From the IMG/VR virus record IMGVR_UViG_3300028131_000823, positions 1 through 64,000 of that record: a DNA stretch of 64,000 nucleotides. One strand, given 5' to 3'. The notes below the pieces were generated by a model. It was not told the DNA's origin and ran no database searches. It worked only from the letters and a program-made list of their open reading frames with translations. Each line of letters opens with the position of its first letter. The first letter of the stretch is position 1. Shown here in pieces: positions 48,001 through 56,252 of this stretch. Both the position numbers and the translations under genes were made by a program.

Positions 48001-48057
48001 TTTAAAGTATAAACGGTAAATTAAAGTAAAATTAAAGATTAAAAGTAAATTAAAGTT
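48001..48057 (+). promoter_or_regulatory. AU-rich TTAAA-repeat leader, putative gp32 translational operator
   Basis: TTAAA(A)G at 48002, 48021, 48032, 48039, 48050 directly before the gp32 ATG. Confidence 0.55.
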
Positions 48058-48984
48058 ATGGAAGATTTTAACATTTTTAGCATTGGTGTCGAAGACATCA
48101 ACACACATGAACAAGAGGTAAATACAACTGGAAACATGATGTATAAGCCTTCTGCCGATGATGGCAAAGACGGAACGTATAAAGCATTAATTAGATTCGT
48201 TCCTAATATTGAAAACCCAAGAAATTCATTAATTAAAAAATACGTAAACTGGCTAACAGGTCCAAACGGCGATTCTAAGTTGATTGATTCTCCAACTACA
48301 ATTGGTGAACACTGTCCAGTTTCTGATGCATTTTTTAGATTAAGAAAATCAGAAAGCGCAGTTGATAGAAAGGCGTCTGATAAATTAAAAAGAAGAGAAT
48401 CTTATGTAGCTCTTGTAAAAATTATCAAAGACCCTCAACAACCTGAATTAGAAGGTACTTATAAAATATTTAAATTCGGTTACAAAATCAAAGAAAAAAT
48501 CGATGCGGAATTAAAGCCTAATTTTGGTGAGCCAACTCAAGTATTTGATTTATTTGAAGGTAAAAACTTTGAATTAGTAATTACAAGACAAAACGATTAT
48601 AATAACTACGACACTTCTAAATTCTCATCTTCAACATCTGCGGTCACTGTTAAAGGTAAAGCAGCAGAAAGAACTAAAGAAGATATGGATGCTATTAAAA
48701 CTGAATTAGAAGGAGCCCCTTCAATGAAGCAGTTTGAATACAGACCATGGGATGAAGACACAAGAAATTTCGTAAATAGCGTTCTTAAAATGTATTTAAA
48801 CCCTGGTGAAGCAATAGATGCTGTAACTAATCAGTTTGAAACAAGCACTCCGGTACCTAAAGCTGAAAAGGCTACTTCAACTCCTAAAGCTGAAAAGGCT
48901 ACTTCAACTCCTAAAGCTGAAAAGGAAGCAACACCAGCAGGTGGCGATGATTTAGAATCTTTTCTGAATGATCTCGAACTCTAA
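48058..48984 (+). CDS. gp32: Single-stranded DNA-binding protein, T4 gp32-like
   Basis: YKP...GTYKALIRF-x-P, CPV, KRRESY...IIKDP, IFKFG-x-KI-x-EKI, FDLFEG-x-NF-x-L, NY-DTSKF; acidic tail DDLESFLNDLEL. Confidence 0.9.
   Translation: MEDFNIFSIGVEDINTHEQEVNTTGNMMYKPSADDGKDGTYKALIRFVPNIENPRNSLIKKYVNWLTGPNGDSKLIDSPTTIGEHCPVSDAFFRLRKSESAVDRKASDKLKRRESYVALVKIIKDPQQPELEGTYKIFKFGYKIKEKIDAELKPNFGEPTQVFDLFEGKNFELVITRQNDYNNYDTSKFSSSTSAVTVKGKAAERTKEDMDAIKTELEGAPSMKQFEYRPWDEDTRNFVNSVLKMYLNPGEAIDAVTNQFETSTPVPKAEKATSTPKAEKATSTPKAEKEATPAGGDDLESFLNDLEL
48856..48925 (+). repeat. 27 bp tandem repeat x2.6 (PKAEKATST) in the gp32 linker
   Basis: CCTAAAGCTGAAAAGGCTACTTCAACT exact copies at 48856 and 48883, partial copy at 48910. 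Confidence 0.95.
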
Positions 48985-50050
48985 TATAGAATTAACATTA
49001 GAACTAAGAGAGAAGGTAAAAACACTAGTCAAAGAAGTAGTTGTAAAAACCCACTCTAATCGCAATAAGCAAATGATAAAGGACATGTCAGGTAGATTAA
49101 ACCTGGCATGTCCCTATTGCGGTGATTCTCACAAAGATGAAAATGCTAAAAGAGGCAACGTCTTTTGGAATAACTTAGGTTATTATTGTTTTAACTGTGA
49201 CTACCACACTAACTTTTATTCTTTCTTAAAAGATTTCGGTATTCAACTGCCAGATAAAATGGACGCTATTACTCTAATAGATTATATTAAGACAAATACA
49301 CAGGTTAAAGACACTTCTGAAAAATTTACACCATTTGTATATGAAAAAATATTAGAGCTTTCAATTGAAATAGAAGACTTTTCAAAAGCAACTGGAGCAA
49401 AGCCTATTCAAATCGGGGATTGGATATGGTTTAAATTAAAGGAAAGGCTCTTACACAAAAAACTAGATAGCTTTTTATTTAATCCAAGAGATCAAAGACT
49501 TTGGATTTTAAATAAATCCAATAATAATAAAATTATAGGTGCACAGTGTAGAAGAATGAAAGGGCATGGATCTAGATACTTAACATATGATCTAAGTAAA
49601 ATACATGAAGCCATACTCAATAAACCTATTGAAATGGACGAGATGACTCGCCAACAATTTAATAACGTGTCTACATTGTTTGGAGCATTAAAGGTTAATT
49701 TCCAAAATCCAGTTACAATATTCGAAGGCCCATTAGATGCAATGTTTATGAGAAACTCAATTGCATTATGTACAGTTGGAAGAGATACTACTAAATTAGA
49801 CTATATTGATAGTAGTCGATATATGTTAGATAATGATGAAGCCGGCCTCAAAAAATCCATTGAAAAACTTAAATCAGGTAAAAAGGTATTTATGTGGACT
49901 AAATATCTAAAGGATAAAAAAATGGATAAATATACTATAAAAGATTTAAACGACCTTGTAAAGGTTTGTTATAATGAAAAAATAAAGTTATCTCTGTCAG
50001 AGTTAGATGATTATTTTACTAACGATAAACTTGATATGAGATATGTTTGA
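48968..50050 (+). CDS. gp61: DNA primase, T4 gp61-like
   Basis: Zn ribbon CPYCGDS...YCFNC; TOPRIM IFEGPLDAMF, LDNDEAG, KDLND. Confidence 0.88.
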   Translation: MISNSNIELTLELREKVKTLVKEVVVKTHSNRNKQMIKDMSGRLNLACPYCGDSHKDENAKRGNVFWNNLGYYCFNCDYHTNFYSFLKDFGIQLPDKMDAITLIDYIKTNTQVKDTSEKFTPFVYEKILELSIEIEDFSKATGAKPIQIGDWIWFKLKERLLHKKLDSFLFNPRDQRLWILNKSNNNKIIGAQCRRMKGHGSRYLTYDLSKIHEAILNKPIEMDEMTRQQFNNVSTLFGALKVNFQNPVTIFEGPLDAMFMRNSIALCTVGRDTTKLDYIDSSRYMLDNDEAGLKKSIEKLKSGKKVFMWTKYLKDKKMDKYTIKDLNDLVKVCYNEKIKLSLSELDDYFTNDKLDMRYV

Positions 50051-50249
50051 TATAGATATGGATGAGGAATTAGACAAGTTTTATAGAGATAAAAACAGGT
50101 TTAAAAATTTAAAGAAAATGTTAGATTTTAAATTTAACAAAGAAGATTTTGAAGGTAAAGGTATTAAGATGAGTCAACCTAAATTTAAAAAGAAATTGAC
50201 TACATCGACGTTTATAAAAAGTAAAAGTAATAAGAAAGGACTATTTTAA
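50043..50249 (+). CDS. Small basic protein ending in GLF
   Basis: 68 aa, coupled between primase and uvsY. Confidence 0.6.
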   Translation: MFDIDMDEELDKFYRDKNRFKNLKKMLDFKFNKEDFEGKGIKMSQPKFKKKLTTSTFIKSKSNKKGLF

Positions 50250-50692
50250 TGGAACAACAAAAAGACACAAAGGCAAGTAAGATATTAAAGTTAGATGAAA
50301 AGTTAGGAGTACAGAGAGAAAGATGGACTAAAAAGATAACTGCACTTGCACATGGTATTAAGACATTAAGTGGAATGGAAATTGTTATCGGTGATATTTT
50401 ACATACAAGACAATTAATGGTAGAACAGTTAATGTATGTACAGCTTAAAACAAAAGAGCAGAAAAAACAAGTCGACATTAAATGGAAAGAGGCTTGGATA
50501 AGATATTACAACTATGATTATAAATTAACTGATAAAATAAAAGCACAATTTTTAGAAGCTGAATTAGCAGATGATAAAATGATTTTATCTCAGTTAGAAA
50601 ATCAAGTTGAATTTTATAGAGAATCAATAAAGACTCTCGATAATATGGGATTTGCAGTACGTAATAGACTTGCAATTAAAGATCTCGTTTAA
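50249..50692 (+). CDS. uvsY: Recombination mediator UvsY-like
   Basis: Helical 147 aa; C-terminal VEFYRESIKTLDNMGFAVRN resembles UvsY; adjacent to uvsW as in T4. Confidence 0.6.
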   Translation: MEQQKDTKASKILKLDEKLGVQRERWTKKITALAHGIKTLSGMEIVIGDILHTRQLMVEQLMYVQLKTKEQKKQVDIKWKEAWIRYYNYDYKLTDKIKAQFLEAELADDKMILSQLENQVEFYRESIKTLDNMGFAVRNRLAIKDLV

Positions 50693-50708
50693 AAATTATG
50701 TTGAATGA

Positions 50709-52208
50709 ATGGAGCTTACTCTCACAGAGAATAAACAATATTTAAGAGTTGATGAAGCATCTGAGCTTGAACTTGAACAACTAAACATATCACTAACTAA
50801 AAGAATCGACAGCTGGAGATTTAATCCTCTAGTAAAAAAAGGAATATGGGATGGGTACATTTCATATTTTAAAGATAATAAGTGGATTCCGGCAGGTTTA
50901 TGGAGATATGTTTATAATGTTTGTAAAGAATATAGATTTGAACTTAATATTAATGGCGTTAAAGAGCTGTTTGATAAGAATGTTACAGCATCTTATTTTG
51001 AGAAGTGGGCTTTGGCCTTCTTTGAAGGTTCAGAGATAACTCCTAGGGACTATCAAATAGAAGCTGCGTATAATATCCTTAAGTTTAGAAAGTGTCTTAG
51101 TGAACTTGCTACGTCTGCAGGAAAGACATTAATTAGTTTCCTTACAGTTGCTTATTTATTAGAACAAGAAAAGGCAAAGAAGATTTTATTCATTGTACCT
51201 AATGTTTCATTGGTTGTTCAAGCAACTGAAGATTTTTCAGACTATAATTATGCAAATAGGGTTAATATAAAAATTCAACAAATATTTAGTGGTAAAAAGA
51301 TTAGAGATGGTAGAAATGTAGTGATAGGTACATATCAATCTCTCGTTAAAAAGAAGCAAGAATATTTTGATCAGTTTGATGCTGTTATAATTGATGAGTG
51401 TCACAAAATGAAAAGCCAATCTATTAAAACAATCTTACAGAAATGTGTAAACGCAGAATATAGATATGGTCTTTCAGGTACAATTCCTAAAGACGGCACA
51501 TTAGATCGTTTAACATTGATGGCTTATACAGGTCCACTAATCAGTGAGGTGAGTGCTAGTTTCTTACAACAAGAGGGGTATATAGCAAATTGTAAGGTTA
51601 AAGTAATTGAAATGGATTATGCACCTGAAAGTGCTAAGAATGCCTTTACAGAAATGGCTCAAAACAGATATGAAAACAAGGACTTATTTCAATTAGAACA
51701 AAACTACATAATTAATTCAGAACCAAGATTAAATTTTATATGTAAGGTTATTGGTAAAATACCAAGAAATAGTCTTGTACTTTTTCATAGGATTGAACAT
51801 GGAAAAAAGGTTTATGAAAAACTTAGACAAGAAAGTAATAAAGCGGTCTATTATGTAGATGGCGGCACAGACAAGGATATTAGAGAAGAGTATAAGAAAA
51901 AGATGGAAGCTGGAGATGAGGTTGCAATCGTTGCAAGTTATGGTACATTCTCTACAGGTATATCAATTAAAAAAATTCACAATATCTTTTTTACAGAAAG
52001 TTTTAAGTCTGAGGTTATTATTAGACAATCAATTGGTAGAGGATTAAGACAACATCACTCTAAAAGTAGTGTTCTTATTATAGACTTTGTAGATGATTTG
52101 GCCACTACAGAATGGAGTAATTATTTAATGAAACACTCTAAAGCAAGACAATCAATATACAAAGAACAACAGTTTGAGTACAGTGTAAAGAAATTTCAAT
52201 TTGAGTGA
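50709..52208 (+). CDS. uvsW: UvsW-like SF2 DNA helicase
   Basis: PRDYQIEA, LATSAGKTLI, IVPNVSLVVQ, IIDECH, GLSGT, ASYGTFSTGISIK, QSIGRGLR. Confidence 0.92.
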   Translation: MELTLTENKQYLRVDEASELELEQLNISLTKRIDSWRFNPLVKKGIWDGYISYFKDNKWIPAGLWRYVYNVCKEYRFELNINGVKELFDKNVTASYFEKWALAFFEGSEITPRDYQIEAAYNILKFRKCLSELATSAGKTLISFLTVAYLLEQEKAKKILFIVPNVSLVVQATEDFSDYNYANRVNIKIQQIFSGKKIRDGRNVVIGTYQSLVKKKQEYFDQFDAVIIDECHKMKSQSIKTILQKCVNAEYRYGLSGTIPKDGTLDRLTLMAYTGPLISEVSASFLQQEGYIANCKVKVIEMDYAPESAKNAFTEMAQNRYENKDLFQLEQNYIINSEPRLNFICKVIGKIPRNSLVLFHRIEHGKKVYEKLRQESNKAVYYVDGGTDKDIREEYKKKMEAGDEVAIVASYGTFSTGISIKKIHNIFFTESFKSEVIIRQSIGRGLRQHHSKSSVLIIDFVDDLATTEWSNYLMKHSKARQSIYKEQQFEYSVKKFQFE

Positions 52209-52259
52209 TATTTAAGGTGATATATAATTATAATATAGTAATAAAAAAACATAATAAAA

Positions 52260-52994
52260 ATGGAAACACAAATTCAATCATTTGCTACATTTTCTGAAAC
52301 TAGAAAAGCAGCAATAGACACTAAGATAAAAGAAGAAGCGTCTACAAAGAGAACAACTGAAGCTCAAAGATTTGCTGACTTATTAGCTGAGTATGAAGTA
52401 ACCACTGTTGCTGAAATAGCTGAAGAACAAAGAACTGAATTTTTTGCTAAATTAGTTGGAGAAACTGATGAGGTAGAAACTGAAGGTAATGCATTTGGAG
52501 CAGCTGTTAAAAAAGCAAAAGAAGAAGATAAAGAAGAATTTAAAGTAGGCGGAGAAACTTACAAAGTAGAAGAATCAACAGTTACCGAAGCTAGAGCTAA
52601 ATATGTAAATACACAAAAAACAGTAGATGGTAATCCATTAATATCTTTTAATAGCTCCACTACTAGAGCTAAATGGATTGATGAAAATAAATCAAATGTT
52701 ATATCTGTACCTGATTCAACGGTTATTAATTCCGATCAAGGTAGAGTAGTAGGTTCTAGTAGAGGTCCTTATTACTTAATCGTAAAGGCAGATGTACTAG
52801 AAGAATCTAAAGTTGAAGAAGCTGAAGTTAAGTCTGATGAAGATTTTATGGAGATGGCTATGACAATGTATAAAGAAGCATTCGGTGATGATTTTGACGA
52901 GGCTAAAGCTAAAGAAGCTGCTGAAGGAATGTTAAAGAAAGCTGATGGAGACTATGGAGCTGCTGTAGGAATGTTACAATCATCTTTAGGATAA
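52260..52994 (+). CDS. Acidic internal-head/core-like protein with CTS-like N-terminus
   Basis: METQIQSFATFSE; several x-x-E^A/G sites (ETE^G, VTE^A, VEE^A); GATATATAA at 52219. Confidence 0.6.
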   Translation: METQIQSFATFSETRKAAIDTKIKEEASTKRTTEAQRFADLLAEYEVTTVAEIAEEQRTEFFAKLVGETDEVETEGNAFGAAVKKAKEEDKEEFKVGGETYKVEESTVTEARAKYVNTQKTVDGNPLISFNSSTTRAKWIDENKSNVISVPDSTVINSDQGRVVGSSRGPYYLIVKADVLEESKVEEAEVKSDEDFMEMAMTMYKEAFGDDFDEAKAKEAAEGMLKKADGDYGAAVGMLQSSLG

Positions 52995-53009
52995 AAATAA
53001 AATATAGAC

Positions 53010-54275
53010 ATGTTATTAACTTACGAACAATTTCTAGTCGAAAAGGCTCAGATAGTAGAGGGTAATTTGATTTTAGAAGGAGGAGCTGCAGGCCACATGC
53101 CTCATCCCTTTGACTATAATGATTTAACTTTCCAAGATTTTAAAACCATTGTTACAAATTCATTACAAGGTGAAATACATTTTGAAGAAGGACCTACTGA
53201 AAAAACAGATGGTCAAAACTTCTTTGTTACAGTAAAGGATGGTCAAGTTCTTTTCTCAAGAAACAAAGGGCAACTAATGGCACCTGTATCTTTAGATGGA
53301 GTTATTAAAATGTTCACGGGCCATGCATCAAAACTAGTAGAAGATACTTTTATCTATGCTGCAACAGATTTAGAAGCTGCATTATTAAGTTTAAGCGATC
53401 ACCAAGAATTTAACAATGGACAAAACTTTCTTAATATGGAGTTAATTTATTCTAAGAACCCTAATGTGATTAATTATGACAGAGATGTTATTCAATTTCA
53501 CGGCATGGCAGAAACTGATGGCAAAGGTAATATAGTTAACATGTCACAGCAAACAGGTGCAAAACTTGCAAGACTTCTTAAAGGTATAGAGGCAGATGTA
53601 CAAAAGACATTTACAATTATTCCTCCACAAATACTTAAACTTCAGAAAAACATAGATTTTGAAAAGAGACAAAGTTATTATCACAGTAAATTAAATGACT
53701 TAAGAGATGAGTTTAATTTATCAGACGGTGACGAAGTTAAAATGTATCATGAAGCATGGTGGAGAAGAGAAATTGAAAAAGATTTTGCAGATATTTCAAG
53801 TGATTTAAAAGAAGGTTTATTTTTAAGATGGGCATACAATGACAAGCAAACTATGAATATGGTTGCTATGAAAAAGATTGCTACTCCCGAACAAATGAAA
53901 AAAATCAAAGAGTTTGATAAGATAAAAGGTAAAAAGTATAAGCAGAATATTTTACCATTTGAAAACTTATTTTTAGAGTTAGGAAAAGATGTATTATTAA
54001 ATGCAAGTAATTTTGTTGCTGCAAATCCTGATTTAGAAAAGAAAAACTTACATGCTAAAATTAGAAAGGCAGCAGCTGACGTTAAACTTAACGGTGACTT
54101 AAAGCAAGTTGCTAAAATCGAAGCTGAATTAGAAAGATTAGAAAGTATTGGAGGTATCGAAGGTATTGTACCAACTGAGGGAATAGTCTTTAAATATAAA
54201 GGTAAGATTATGAAACTTACCGGCACATTTGCTGCAATTAATCAGCTTATGGGCATCATAAAATACGGAAGATAA
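53010..54275 (+). CDS. Ligase-superfamily nucleotidyltransferase-like protein with CTS-like N-terminus
   Basis: MLLTYEQFLVE, ILE^GGAAGH; motif I TEKTDG, SRNK, motif III LNMEL, motif IV EGIVF, motif V KIMKLTG. Confidence 0.6.
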   Translation: MLLTYEQFLVEKAQIVEGNLILEGGAAGHMPHPFDYNDLTFQDFKTIVTNSLQGEIHFEEGPTEKTDGQNFFVTVKDGQVLFSRNKGQLMAPVSLDGVIKMFTGHASKLVEDTFIYAATDLEAALLSLSDHQEFNNGQNFLNMELIYSKNPNVINYDRDVIQFHGMAETDGKGNIVNMSQQTGAKLARLLKGIEADVQKTFTIIPPQILKLQKNIDFEKRQSYYHSKLNDLRDEFNLSDGDEVKMYHEAWWRREIEKDFADISSDLKEGLFLRWAYNDKQTMNMVAMKKIATPEQMKKIKEFDKIKGKKYKQNILPFENLFLELGKDVLLNASNFVAANPDLEKKNLHAKIRKAAADVKLNGDLKQVAKIEAELERLESIGGIEGIVPTEGIVFKYKGKIMKLTGTFAAINQLMGIIKYGR

Positions 54276-54282
54276 ATATACT

Positions 54283-56241
54283 ATGATAATTAATTATAAT
54301 CAATTTATTTTAGAAAACGAAGATAAGGAATATGAGAAGTTAGATGCGAAAGCAGGTGACATGTCAAAAAAGTTAACCGATAAGGAGAGAGCACGTTATA
54401 AAGAATTAAGTAAAAAACATTTCCCAATAGTTATTAAAAAATTACCTGGAGATGTTTATGAAATTAAGACAGTAGGTTTAGGATATACAGGCCCACAAGG
54501 AGATGTGTTAGCAGAATATTATAGAGAAGAAATTTTAGCAAAGGTAAAAAATCCAAAAGGTATTCACATGGATATTAGAAGAAATGATGGAGGACAACAG
54601 GCTCCAGCTAAGGCAATATTGGATTTTTTTGTAGATACACCTAAAGACGAAGATGGAAATAGAAAAATTCCATTAGAACAACAAAGTAATTATTGGCCAA
54701 CTGATGAATGGACAGATGAAGATAGAGAAAGAGGTTATCAATCGAAGACTAATTATTTAGAAAGTAAAATAGAAGATAAGAATAAATTTACAAATATACC
54801 TACAGTGGTTTCCACAAGTGATTGGACATTTTCAGGAGGTGAATTCTTAACTGACACTATAAAAAACTTTGGCAAAGACAACATTACACACGTTGGCTCT
54901 AATTCAGGAGGAGGAGCAAATAGAACGTCACATACTGCCGACGACATGGCATCAACTTGGCCAGATGAAGATCCAAATGCTGAAGGATTATCAGTTGATG
55001 AAAAGTTAGAAAGATCAATGAAAGTATTTGAAAAGTTTTATGTAGATAAAGAAAAAGCCAAAGAATGTAGAGAAGCAGTTATGAAAGATCCTAGTAAATA
55101 TATTAAGGATGGAAAAATAAACGATAAAACAGTTCAAGACAAAATGCGTGAAATTACAAAAGATTTTCATGTAGCATATTTTACAAGAGAAGATGGAAAA
55201 ATTGAAGTAGCGACGCCTTATGGAAAATCTGATAGGATAGTAACTGATAAAGATGGTAAGCCATTTGGACCTCCTTATGAATTTAAAGGAAATTGGGAAG
55301 GAACAGGAACAGGAAATGCAGTACCAGGAATAGGAATTACAGAAACAGATCCAGATACTGCTAAAAACAGCGCATTAGAATTACTATATACAAAGACTGG
55401 TCAGAAAGATCAGCTTGAAAAAATGAAATCAAATCCAAAAGAATTTGGTCTTACTAAAGACGGCAAAGATGATTGGTATAAAAGAGGTACACTTGCAGAT
55501 AGAGAAGCAGGTAGAGAACATAATTACCCAGGATATGCAGCTGAAGGAAAACACCCTGAAATGTGGAAAGCTAGCCAAAAGGCAGCAAGTAAAAATATGA
55601 AAAACTGGAAAAGCATTCTTAAAAAAGCAGAGTCTAATAAAAATATAGATGATAAATCTAAACCAGAGCCTGAAAATTGGTGGGAAGAATACAGTGATGA
55701 AGCAAAGGCCAAATATATTAAAAAACACGGAGAGGCTCCAGACGTCGGTAATAAAGTAAAACCAACTAATGAAAATAAAAGAAATATTATGAAAAAGGTT
55801 AAACTATTTGAAGAATTCTTAAATGAATCAACAATGAATAATTTTAAACCCGAGGTATTGTCTAATAGAGATAAAGTAGATATGAAGCTTTTTAAAAGTT
55901 TAATGCCTAGAACTGCTAAAACGGTTAAAGACGCTGATCGTAGAATTCAAACATGGAAGGGTAATAAAATGTTTGTACATTATCAAGCATTTACAGTTCA
56001 ACCAAATGGTAATAAACCAGATTTACCAACATATAAGTTCCATAATTCACAATATTGGTTAAACGATACTCAATTAGGTTGGGCAGGTAGAGCAGGTGAA
56101 AAGGTAAACATCACTTTATTAACAATAACTGATGTAACTGATCCTGATAATGAAAAAATGTTAGGAGAACTTTATGTTAATACCGATACATATTTACAAG
56201 AACACAATATAGTATTTAACGAGTTAAAGAAAATATCATAA
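54283..56241 (+). CDS. CTS-bearing polyprotein-like ORF with S41 (tail-specific/C-terminal) peptidase domain
   Basis: MIINYNQFILE; HMDIRRNDGG resembles DLRxNxGG; VVSTSDWTFSGGE resembles TxSAAE; HVGSNSGGG resembles VGExTxG; NWEGTG; second CTS MKKVKLFEEFLNE at 55789. Confidence 0.65.
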   Translation: MIINYNQFILENEDKEYEKLDAKAGDMSKKLTDKERARYKELSKKHFPIVIKKLPGDVYEIKTVGLGYTGPQGDVLAEYYREEILAKVKNPKGIHMDIRRNDGGQQAPAKAILDFFVDTPKDEDGNRKIPLEQQSNYWPTDEWTDEDRERGYQSKTNYLESKIEDKNKFTNIPTVVSTSDWTFSGGEFLTDTIKNFGKDNITHVGSNSGGGANRTSHTADDMASTWPDEDPNAEGLSVDEKLERSMKVFEKFYVDKEKAKECREAVMKDPSKYIKDGKINDKTVQDKMREITKDFHVAYFTREDGKIEVATPYGKSDRIVTDKDGKPFGPPYEFKGNWEGTGTGNAVPGIGITETDPDTAKNSALELLYTKTGQKDQLEKMKSNPKEFGLTKDGKDDWYKRGTLADREAGREHNYPGYAAEGKHPEMWKASQKAASKNMKNWKSILKKAESNKNIDDKSKPEPENWWEEYSDEAKAKYIKKHGEAPDVGNKVKPTNENKRNIMKKVKLFEEFLNESTMNNFKPEVLSNRDKVDMKLFKSLMPRTAKTVKDADRRIQTWKGNKMFVHYQAFTVQPNGNKPDLPTYKFHNSQYWLNDTQLGWAGRAGEKVNITLLTITDVTDPDNEKMLGELYVNTDTYLQEHNIVFNELKKIS

Positions 56242-56252
56242 AATTATAAGAA

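Noticed and set aside
3401-51859. Alternative-frame + strand ORFs (3401-3610, 34924-35106, 36138-36395, 50851-51039, 51859-52047)
   Set aside because: Nested in longer genes with recognisable motifs; no independent signals
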